DNA of 64,000 nucleotides from Candidatus Poribacteria bacterium (GTDB lineage Bacteria; Poribacteria; WGA-4E; WGA-3G): NCBI GenBank assembly GCA_965208735.1, contig CBDBPM010000002.1, positions 733,145 to 797,144 of the forward strand, read 5' to 3'. Shown piece by piece: positions 56,609 to 64,000 of this stretch (position 1 is its first letter; each line of letters starts with the position of its first letter). The notes under the pieces were generated by a model. It saw only the letters and a program-made list of their open reading frames with translations, ran no database searches and was not told where the DNA came from. The position numbers and the translations under genes were made by a program.

Positions 56609-58906
56609 ATGATAAACACAGATAATCTTGTTTTATGGTATCAGAAACCAGCCGAAGCATGGACAGACGCACTACCCCTCGGAAATGGGAGACTCGGTGC
56701 TATGGTGTTCGGCGGCGTGGAACGCGAACGTATCCAACTCAACGAAGAAACCCTTTGGGATGGCGGTCCCCGAGATACCAATAATCCAAAGGCTCTGGAA
56801 GCACTCCCGAAGGTGCAACAGCTCCTCTTTGAGGATAAAAATGAAGAAGCAACGAAACTCGCCGGTGAAACGATGCTCGGAGTCCCCGAACGCATCAAAT
56901 CCTACCAATCTCTCGGAGATCTGTTTCTGGAATTCTCACACGAGGGTGCGACCCATTACCGCCGCGAACTCGATTTAAACACCGGTATTACAAAAACAAC
57001 CTATCGCTGCGACGATACCGACTTTACAAGAGAAGCCTTTGCAACAGCCGTAGACGACCTCATCGTCATCAGAATCGAATCTGACGCGACCGGACAAATC
57101 GCTTTTGATATAACGATGACACGTGAACAAGATGCCAGCGTTGAAGCAGTTGCCGCCAATATCCTTCGGCTTGACGGACAATGTGGTGATAACGGCATAC
57201 AATTTTCAGCATATCTACAAGTGCACATTGAAGGCGGAAAAGTTGAATCAAAAGGAGATAGCCTGTCTGTCAATGGAGCGGATGCTGTTACGCTCTTTCT
57301 CTCCGCCGCGACCAGCTACGTCCATCAGACGGATACAAGCGGAAACCCACACGCACTCTGTGCAGATTATCTGACAAATATTGATACAAGACCTTATGCA
57401 GATATTCGAGATGATCACGTCGCTGAGCATCAATACTTCTTCCAACGGGTTGATTTAGGCCTCGGTTCCACGGATGCAGTAAATCTCCCTACCGATGAAC
57501 GGTTAAATGCAGTAAAAGCAGGTGCGTCAGATCCAGGACTCATCGCACTTTATTTTCAGTATGGACGCTATCTGCTGATGGGAAGCTCTCGACCCGGGTG
57601 CCTCCCTGCCAATCTGCAAGGCATCTGGAACGAGCACATGAACGCACCCTGGAACAGTGATTTTCATACCAATATCAACCTTCAAATGAACTATTGGGTC
57701 CCCGAAATTTGTAACCTGCAGGAATGCCATACACCTCTATTTGACTACATGGACACACTCGTTGAACCCGGAAATCGAACAGCGAAAATCCATTACGGTG
57801 CTGACGGTTGGGTCGTTCACCATCTCTCCGACATTTGGGGGTTCACAACGCCTGCTGACGGTATTTGGGGTATCTCGCCTGTCGGTGCCGCATGGTTATG
57901 TGAACACGTATGGGAACACTACCTTTTCGGTGGTGATAAGGATTTTCTTATTGAACAAGGCTACCCGTTGATGAAAGGTGCTGCCCGCTTCATGCTCGAC
58001 TTCCTCGTTGAAGCACCCGAAGGCACACCTTTTGCTGGAAAACTCGTCACGAATCCGTCCCACTCACCCGAAAATAGCTTTCTGAAACCAGACGGCACAC
58101 GCTCCCTCTTCACCTACGCCGCAACAATCGATCTGGAAATTATACATGAACTCTTCACCAACTGCATCGCTTGCATTGATGTCCTCGGAGAAGATACAGA
58201 ATTCCGCGCTGAGTTGGTCTCTGCTTTAGAACGGCTTGCACCGCTCCAGATTAGCGAAAAAACGGGACGACTGCAGGAATGGGTGTTCGACTATGACGAA
58301 CCCGAGCCAGGGCATCGACACATGTCGCACATGTATGGACTCCATCCGAGTTGTCAGATTACACTGCGCGGGACACCAGAACTGGCAGCGGCTGCTAAGA
58401 AATCGTTGGAATATCGCTTGGCACACGGCGGTGGACACACGGGTTGGAGCCGCGCGTGGCTCGTCAATTTCTGGGCACGGCTTGAAGACGCTGAAGAGGC
58501 ATACACCCATCTCCAAGCACTTCTCGCGAAATGCACATTGACGAACCTGTTTGATACACATCCACCCTTCCAGATTGACGGCAATTTCGGGGGAGTCTCT
58601 GGTATCGCGGAGATGTTACTACACAGCCACGCCGGTGAAATTCATCTACTGCCCGCACTTCCGAAAGCATGGAGCACCGGACACGTCAAAGGCTTGCGCG
58701 CCCGTGGCGGATTTGAAGTGGATATGGCATGGGAGAATGGACAACTCACTGAAGCGCGACTTTATTCCACATTGGGAAATGACTGCACCGTCCGAACAAC
58801 AGCAGCCGTTAGGGTGACCTGTGAGGGACAATCGGTTGACACAGAGCAATCGGATTCAGTCATAACGTTTGGAACTGAGGCAGAGAAAACATATATCTTA
58901 GCGTAA
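56609..58906 (+). CDS. Glycoside hydrolase family 95 (alpha-L-fucosidase)
   Basis: 765 aa from ATG 56609 (RBS aaaggga). The GH95 N-terminal signature is [46 protein letters not shown]. Catalytic-domain blocks are present ([41 protein letters not shown]). Confidence 0.8.
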   Translation: MINTDNLVLWYQKPAEAWTDALPLGNGRLGAMVFGGVERERIQLNEETLWDGGPRDTNNPKALEALPKVQQLLFEDKNEEATKLAGETMLGVPERIKSYQSLGDLFLEFSHEGATHYRRELDLNTGITKTTYRCDDTDFTREAFATAVDDLIVIRIESDATGQIAFDITMTREQDASVEAVAANILRLDGQCGDNGIQFSAYLQVHIEGGKVESKGDSLSVNGADAVTLFLSAATSYVHQTDTSGNPHALCADYLTNIDTRPYADIRDDHVAEHQYFFQRVDLGLGSTDAVNLPTDERLNAVKAGASDPGLIALYFQYGRYLLMGSSRPGCLPANLQGIWNEHMNAPWNSDFHTNINLQMNYWVPEICNLQECHTPLFDYMDTLVEPGNRTAKIHYGADGWVVHHLSDIWGFTTPADGIWGISPVGAAWLCEHVWEHYLFGGDKDFLIEQGYPLMKGAARFMLDFLVEAPEGTPFAGKLVTNPSHSPENSFLKPDGTRSLFTYAATIDLEIIHELFTNCIACIDVLGEDTEFRAELVSALERLAPLQISEKTGRLQEWVFDYDEPEPGHRHMSHMYGLHPSCQITLRGTPELAAAAKKSLEYRLAHGGGHTGWSRAWLVNFWARLEDAEEAYTHLQALLAKCTLTNLFDTHPPFQIDGNFGGVSGIAEMLLHSHAGEIHLLPALPKAWSTGHVKGLRARGGFEVDMAWENGQLTEARLYSTLGNDCTVRTTAAVRVTCEGQSVDTEQSDSVITFGTEAEKTYILA

Positions 58907-58930
58907 GTCGGGTAATTCATTATTCGCGAA

Positions 58931-58949
58931 GGTTTCGTACCGTAAACTG
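58931..58949. terminator. Imperfect palindrome cgtaaactgTTAgtttgcg (ACAAACTnTTAGTTTGT family) between the convergent GH95 and MTase genes
   Basis: Read directly from the sequence. There is one mismatch in the 9-bp arms. Confidence 0.35.
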
Positions 58950-59050
58950 TTAGTTTGCGGGCTGCTACAGGTAACTTGCAGTGTGCAATTGTTATGAACC
59001 GAAACACTGATCGTTGTCACTGCAGCTGCAACGATTTATGAACCGCCCAT

Positions 59051-59965
59051 TTATATTGATAAACGCGGTTGATCGGTATACTGTTTAATCCGTTCCTCCG
59101 CCAGCGCAACATACTTCTCCTCAATATCGTAACCGATATAATGTCGTCCCGACTTCAACGCACTCAAACACGTCGTGCCGCTACCACAAAACGGATCCAA
59201 GACAACATCGCCGATGAAAGTATAAAGCTGAATGAGTCGATGCGGTAACTCCTCTGGAAAAGGCGCGGGATGTCCGATACGTTTCGCTGAGACAGACGGA
59301 AAACTCCAGACACTTTTCGTCCATGCTAAGAAATCTTCTTTGCAAATTGAGTTTTCTTTACCGTTGCGCTGCCGTGAAAAGGAATCTTTGGAGAAAACGA
59401 GGATGTACTCATGAACGTCCCTCAGCACCGGATTCGCCGCCGATAACCAACTGCCCCACGCCGTTGAACTCCCGGCACTTGAGGCTTTGTCCCAGATGAT
59501 TTCACCCCGCATGTGGTAACCGATCGCTAACATATCCTCTATGATGTAACTATGCAATGGGATGTAGGGTTTCCGACCTAAGTTGGCGATATTAATGCAT
59601 GCTCTGCCACCCGTGACCAATTTCTTATAGGTCTCGGCGAAGACAGCGTATAGGAGTTCCCTATATTCTGCAAGCGATAGATCCTCGTCGTATTCCTTTT
59701 TGGCATTGTAAGGCGGGGACGTAACCATCAGATGGATACTATCATCGGGAATCGCGGACATGTCCGTGCTGGACGCACAATAGAGTTGATCGAGATTTTC
59801 AACGGGAATCGGGTTCTCTATCCAGTTATCAGGTTCCGGCAGTTCCTGATCCGCATAGAGTTTGCTCCCATAAAACGCACTGGCATCGTGATTGATTCTC
59901 CCAGCGGTTCCGAACGCACTGGTCTGGGTCCCCTGCCTTTGAGATTCCGAATTGGTTTTGCTCAT
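59051..59965 (-). CDS. Beta-class DNA methyltransferase (N4-cytosine or N6-adenine; SPPY motif), apparently orphan
   Basis: 304 aa. Motif IV SPPY (HLMVTSPPYNAKKEY) precedes motif I FCGSGTT (VLDPFCGSGTTCLSA), the beta-class order. No adjacent nuclease gene. Confidence 0.75.
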   Translation of the reverse strand: MSKTNSESQRQGTQTSAFGTAGRINHDASAFYGSKLYADQELPEPDNWIENPIPVENLDQLYCASSTDMSAIPDDSIHLMVTSPPYNAKKEYDEDLSLAEYRELLYAVFAETYKKLVTGGRACINIANLGRKPYIPLHSYIIEDMLAIGYHMRGEIIWDKASSAGSSTAWGSWLSAANPVLRDVHEYILVFSKDSFSRQRNGKENSICKEDFLAWTKSVWSFPSVSAKRIGHPAPFPEELPHRLIQLYTFIGDVVLDPFCGSGTTCLSALKSGRHYIGYDIEEKYVALAEERIKQYTDQPRLSI

Positions 59966-60024
59966 ACTTCCATCTAATAGTCATATTTGTTGCGCAGAGT
60001 CCCCGTGCCCTGCACTTTTATTTT

Positions 60025-61242
60025 TCAATATTGATCTGACACCCAAAAGATGACATCGCGTTTCGGGAACAGCGTCGCCAAGAACGCCGAGATTTCTGGG
60101 GATACCGAAGCGTCAGAACTTATCTGCTCCCACCCTATTTCACCGAACAGAAGTTGCCAGAAATCCGCTTCGGTCAGGTCCACGCCTAAGTCAACCGCGT
60201 CAGCATCTTCAGAGACGATTTGTAGCGTGCCATCTGCGTTGTGTCGTATCACCATCTGCTGGTTGCGAAAAGCGGGAAGCTTGACAGCAAGCCGTGCAAA
60301 CGTCTCTTCGGCATCCGCAATTTGCGATTCCCATCCGACAACAAGGCGACGTAAAAGCACGGGTAGGTTCACAGCATAGAGCATCATGCTCGTGTATTCT
60401 GTTGGGGTTACCGGACTGTCACCCGCCGCTATCAGGCGTTCCGCAAACGGATGCTGAGACGGAAATCTGCCGTTTATTTTTTCAACCCTTTGTGATTCAC
60501 ACGCTTGTAAAAAATGGGATGCAAGCGCGTCCAAAACCGCAGGGTTATCGGGTGCGTATCCCACTTCACACACCTCCGCACGGTTTCCGCCTATCCCATA
60601 GTTAAGATACCCGCCGACATATCCATTTTGATGTGCAATGACGGTCGGAAGAACACCGCGGATGCGTGAGGGTGCCATATCCCAATAGGCGCGCGTCCGC
60701 GCAATAGTTCCGCTCTGTTCGGCGTTGGTAAGATCGTATAGTGCTGCGACTGCGTCTAAATGCGTCTCTGGGTTAAAGTCGGTTATTTGCCACTTCGATG
60801 AATCTGTCTCGCGCGTTGAGGCGTTGCACGTTATATTGAAACCGTGTAGCGGCAAAGAGATCCATCCCAATCGCTGGTAAAACGCCTCTGGAATGATAGT
60901 GAAAAGCACGCCGAGATCACATCCGATTGTCCGTAGATAGCCAACAGTATCCCGCATGAGCGCAGACGCATATCCGACCCCACGGTAATTCGGATGTGTA
61001 CAGACACCACCGATGCCACCCACTGTTACGAGGGACGCACCGACCCACATCCGCCGTTCCCAAACGCGCAAGGTTGACACCACCCTATCGTTCACGACAA
61101 CTACCCTTGTTTGTGAAGGACGATAACTGCTGTCGCCTTTTATATACTGCCAATAGCGTTCATGACCATCGGGATTAAACGCTGTGCAGCTAAGTTCAAC
61201 AACCTGCTCTAATTCTGATTCACGAGCCGCTCTAATTTCCAT
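60025..61242 (-). CDS. GNAT-family N-acetyltransferase of Eis-like architecture (~405 aa)
   Basis: The start is trimmed to ATG 61242 (MEIRAARESELEQVVELS). The acetyl-CoA motif region is CTHPNYRGVGYASALM. The length and the extra C-terminal domain resemble Eis-type tandem GNAT/SCP2 proteins. Confidence 0.55.
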   Translation of the reverse strand: MEIRAARESELEQVVELSCTAFNPDGHERYWQYIKGDSSYRPSQTRVVVVNDRVVSTLRVWERRMWVGASLVTVGGIGGVCTHPNYRGVGYASALMRDTVGYLRTIGCDLGVLFTIIPEAFYQRLGWISLPLHGFNITCNASTRETDSSKWQITDFNPETHLDAVAALYDLTNAEQSGTIARTRAYWDMAPSRIRGVLPTVIAHQNGYVGGYLNYGIGGNRAEVCEVGYAPDNPAVLDALASHFLQACESQRVEKINGRFPSQHPFAERLIAAGDSPVTPTEYTSMMLYAVNLPVLLRRLVVGWESQIADAEETFARLAVKLPAFRNQQMVIRHNADGTLQIVSEDADAVDLGVDLTEADFWQLLFGEIGWEQISSDASVSPEISAFLATLFPKRDVIFWVSDQY

Positions 61243-61334
61243 ATTTTTAATGATTAAGTTTCTGCTCCGATTTGGAGTCCACGCTGACATTGAGGGGATA
61301 TAGTGAATCCTAAAAATAAATAGACATCTTTGTA

Positions 61335-61388
61335 GCACAAACTGTTAGTTTGTGCCAGTCTGAATGCCTGTTATAGGCATTCAGACTG
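61335..61388. terminator. Two adjacent perfect hairpins downstream of the MDR dehydrogenase gene and upstream of the GNAT gene
   Basis: The first is gcacaaactgttagtttgtgc (the ACAAACTnTTAGTTTGT family member). The second is cagtctgaatgcc tgttata ggcattcagactg, a 13-bp perfect stem. Confidence 0.5.
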
Positions 61389-61432
61389 TTTGAGAGTGCC
61401 CAATTAATTCTAAACTTTACTATATTACCGAA

Positions 61433-61475
61433 GAACGCGCAATGAATTGCGCTACTACAAACGAAAGACTCCACA
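61433..61475. repeat. Copy Z of the 'CTACTACGAA' repeat family (gaacgcgcaatgaattgcgctactacaaacgaaag)
   Basis: Compare gtgcgatgaatcgcactactacgaacc at 56318 and gccctactacgaatgg at 48..63. Confidence 0.4.
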
Positions 61476-61506
61476 AAAACTGGTAAATTGCATAAGTGCC
61501 AATTGG

Positions 61507-62556
61507 TTACTGCATTGAAAAGATAACGCCTAACGCCTCATTTGGCGTTTGAATCAACTTTTCACACGCCTCAGAGGCTTCGTCAATCGGTACAACATCT
61601 GTAATCAACGGTTGTACCTGGATTTTGCCTTCGGACATCAATCGTAGCGATAACTCCAAGTTGCGTTGTGTCGGCCACGGGACAAACACCGGCGGATAAT
61701 CCGCACCGTGCTCATAATCTTCGTCGTGGTAGCCAGGACCCGTACGCGCCGCACTGATAACATCCACATTGCCGAGTCCAGCCGCGAAGCCGTGCGTAAT
61801 GCTCGCACCACCAACAATGACGATCCGACCAACTTTGTGTGTATCGGGTGCGGTCTTCAACATCGCGCGAATCTGCTGAAACGCACTCGTCGCATCACCA
61901 CCAAAAGCGATAATCCCGCAATCCATGCCGTAACCGTTAGTGAATTCCTCTGCGATGGGAATCGGATCTGTCTCCGAAACGTTTATCGCTTGATGTACGC
62001 CAGCGTTCTCAGCAATCCCGATCCGCAAAGACAATTGGTCTAAACCGATAACGTAGGCACCCGCTGTTTTGGCGATCTGACACGCAAATTGCCCAACGAT
62101 ACCGAGTCCAGCAACGGCAACGTTCTCACCAATGCGAACACGTCCGCGCTGCACTGCATGCAACGCCGTTGCCGCCAGATGAATAGATGCGGCATCTTCG
62201 CTGGTGACATCGTCCGGAACCTTCGCACATAAGTTGTGCGGTATACAAGCGGATGTAGCGTGGAGCGCGTAGCCACCCCCCATACCTGCCACCCTATCGC
62301 CGATCTCAAATTCGTCGCAATCGCCTTCCATACCGACAACAACTCCAGCATTCGTATATCCAAACGGACGCTGCCGCGCTTCAGAGCCTGGGTTCTCGCG
62401 TCGCCGTTTGACACCACCGAGTTCCGTACCAGGACTGACCATCGAGGCATGGACTTCAATTAACAGCTGCCCGGGTTTCGGTGCTGGTGTCTCCTGTTCC
62501 TCTGTCCAGATACGTCCGGCTTCATTCATCATCACAACTTTTCTCGTTTTACTCAT
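61507..62556 (-). CDS. Zn-dependent medium-chain dehydrogenase/reductase (threonine/sorbitol-dehydrogenase-like)
   Basis: 349 aa. The GroES-like N-domain is LIEVHASMVSPGTELGG. The Rossmann motif is VAGLGIVGQFACQIAKTAGAYVIGLD. Confidence 0.7.
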   Translation of the reverse strand: MSKTRKVVMMNEAGRIWTEEQETPAPKPGQLLIEVHASMVSPGTELGGVKRRRENPGSEARQRPFGYTNAGVVVGMEGDCDEFEIGDRVAGMGGGYALHATSACIPHNLCAKVPDDVTSEDAASIHLAATALHAVQRGRVRIGENVAVAGLGIVGQFACQIAKTAGAYVIGLDQLSLRIGIAENAGVHQAINVSETDPIPIAEEFTNGYGMDCGIIAFGGDATSAFQQIRAMLKTAPDTHKVGRIVIVGGASITHGFAAGLGNVDVISAARTGPGYHDEDYEHGADYPPVFVPWPTQRNLELSLRLMSEGKIQVQPLITDVVPIDEASEACEKLIQTPNEALGVIFSMQ

Positions 62557-62579
62557 AAATAGTCCTCCATGCCTTTGAT

Positions 62580-63986
62580 TTAGATAACACCCTGTTCCTT
62601 CAATTTAGCCAGCAATTCTGCTTGTGCCCCTATGCCTTTGGTTGAATTACAAGCCCCACAAAGCAGCTGCAAATTATCAAGAGCGTCGGTACCCCCATGC
62701 TTACGCGGAACGATATGATCAACTGTCATATTTCTAAAAGGGAATTGCGTTTGGCAGCCATTACACAAGCCTTCTTGTTTGCCATACAACGTATGTTTAT
62801 GTGTTTGATAATTCGGCAGTTTTTCACTGCGTTTGGGGATATCAGTGCGATGAATGACGGTGCCAAAAAGTCCTATCTCCTTTTCCAGACGCATCCGTAC
62901 CAAGTCAACTGCCTTCTCTGAAATATCAATACCGATCCACTGTCGTTTAAGACGTTCTGCTGCGACACACGTCGTCGCACACCCACAGAACGGATCAAGC
63001 ACAACATCTTCTTTATTACTGCTCGCCTTGATGATACGCTCAAGCAAAGCAATCGGCTTTTGTGTTGGATAGCCAGTGCGCTCCTCTTTGGCGGGTGGAA
63101 GCACGTCATCCCAGATATTGCCGTAGGACGCGCCTTTGTAGTCTTTGAGGTATTTCCGCCGCTCCAGTTTTCCATCAGCCCGAATAACGATATTCCCTTT
63201 TTGATACTCCTCCTCCAAGCGTTCCTTGCTTAACCGCCAGCCGGAGGGATGCGGATTCACAAAGCCGCGCCATTCATAGCAAAGATTTGGACGAGCACCC
63301 ATACTTGGCGAGGACCAAATATGGGCGGAGTCGTTGTAATATCGCTGTCCATTTTCATCAATGTGTTTAAATTTCTTTAAGATTTCAGATTCTGTTAGTT
63401 CTCTTTCTGGACGTAATGATGTTAATCGCGATGCTGCATAATATAAAAGTATATCAGCGTTGTTACCCCATCGTGTACTACGATGCTGAGATCCTTTCTG
63501 CGTAGATGTTGCACGCCTCCACGTGATTTCAGACCTGAAGCTGTTCTTTCCGAAGATGCTGTCCATAATTACCTTCAGATAGTGACTGGCAGTCGGATCG
63601 CAATGTAGATAAATACTGCCCGTTTTCTTCAAAACGCGTTTCATCTCCAGCAACCGGATCGCCATCATAATCAGGTAAGACTTCATACCTTTCCCGTGTG
63701 TCAACTCAACGGTGTGAATGGATTGATACAACGCGGGCTCGCGGTCAGCAATCTCACCGTGCCACGCGTTATCTACATCGGACAGGGTCCACGTGTCTTT
63801 AAACGCTGCACCTGCTGCCTGACTTCCGATAGGCGCGGCGTAGTTCCGATTGGAATTGAAAGGCGGGTCCAGATAGATCAAATCTATTGACTCGCTATCC
63901 ATACCCCGTAGCACAAATAGGTTGTCATTCTCAAATATCGTTCGGTTCTTAATGTTCATTTCAAAATCTGCTTTGTAATATGTCAT
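62580..63986 (-). CDS. Beta-class N6A/N4C DNA methyltransferase fused to a C-terminal HNH endonuclease domain
   Basis: 468 aa. Motif IV is DPPF (LIYLDPPFNSNRNY), motif I is VLDPFCGCATTCVAA, and the C-terminal HNH is CNGCQTQFPFRNMTVDHIVPRKHGGTDALDNLQLLCGACNSTKG. The start lies within the last 15 nt of the window. Confidence 0.7.
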   Translation of the reverse strand: MTYYKADFEMNIKNRTIFENDNLFVLRGMDSESIDLIYLDPPFNSNRNYAAPIGSQAAGAAFKDTWTLSDVDNAWHGEIADREPALYQSIHTVELTHGKGMKSYLIMMAIRLLEMKRVLKKTGSIYLHCDPTASHYLKVIMDSIFGKNSFRSEITWRRATSTQKGSQHRSTRWGNNADILLYYAASRLTSLRPERELTESEILKKFKHIDENGQRYYNDSAHIWSSPSMGARPNLCYEWRGFVNPHPSGWRLSKERLEEEYQKGNIVIRADGKLERRKYLKDYKGASYGNIWDDVLPPAKEERTGYPTQKPIALLERIIKASSNKEDVVLDPFCGCATTCVAAERLKRQWIGIDISEKAVDLVRMRLEKEIGLFGTVIHRTDIPKRSEKLPNYQTHKHTLYGKQEGLCNGCQTQFPFRNMTVDHIVPRKHGGTDALDNLQLLCGACNSTKGIGAQAELLAKLKEQGVI

Positions 63987-64000
63987 CGAGTTGTGGAACG

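Noticed and set aside
1-64000. tRNA, rRNA or other canonical RNA genes
   Set aside because: Scanned intergenic regions longer than 150 nt (1-363, 4080-4387, 18824-19325, 22524-22948, 37731-37936, 55946-56602, 61243-61506) for T-loop (GGTTCRANYC) and cloverleaf-like signatures and found none. The structured element at 56205..56350 is reported as a repeat, not as a known RNA family.

Overview
This 64-kb window looks like a chromosomal segment from an uncultured Gram-negative bacterium, with GC near 50%. It is densely coding: about 58 CDS, no rRNA or tRNA, no CRISPR. Several eukaryote-like repeat proteins (WD40, LRR, ankyrin, TPR), three PhyH dioxygenases, a sulfatase, GH95/GH32 hydrolases, a dockerin and a T9SS C-terminal sorting domain fit a host-associated or marine lineage such as a sponge-symbiont candidate phylum; this is inference only. 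Housekeeping genes include lpxB-lpxK, argC, queC, an htrA-like protease, a sigma factor, a NuoEF-like diaphorase and an MFS transporter. A carbohydrate/sulfatase block runs from about 49.8 to 58.9 kb. A low-GC accessory island (43.8-49.8 kb) holds a Type II R-M pair, a secreted Zn-metalloprotease fused to a VHL-beta-like domain, a NUDIX hydrolase and an AAA_21-type ATPase, and abuts a TnpB-only IS200/IS605 element. Two further DNA methyltransferases lie at 59-64 kb, one of them fused to an HNH nuclease. The items most worth a second look are: (1) a ~44-nt palindromic element inserted in-frame three times inside coding sequences, twice in lpxK and once in a large adenylate-cyclase gene, resembling Rickettsia-type RPEs; (2) a conserved ~15-aa C-terminal tail shared by four unrelated secreted proteins, a candidate new C-terminal sorting tag; (3) three copies of the 3-prime end of a LarA-like gene bracketing a 3.8-kb WD40-metzincin-LRR-dockerin-T9SS mega-protein gene and a hicBA toxin-antitoxin pair, an att-site-like signature of serial integration with no integrase in view; (4) the low-GC defense-like island with the NUDIX plus ATPase pair; (5) several small intergenic repeat and palindrome families that overlap gene stop codons.
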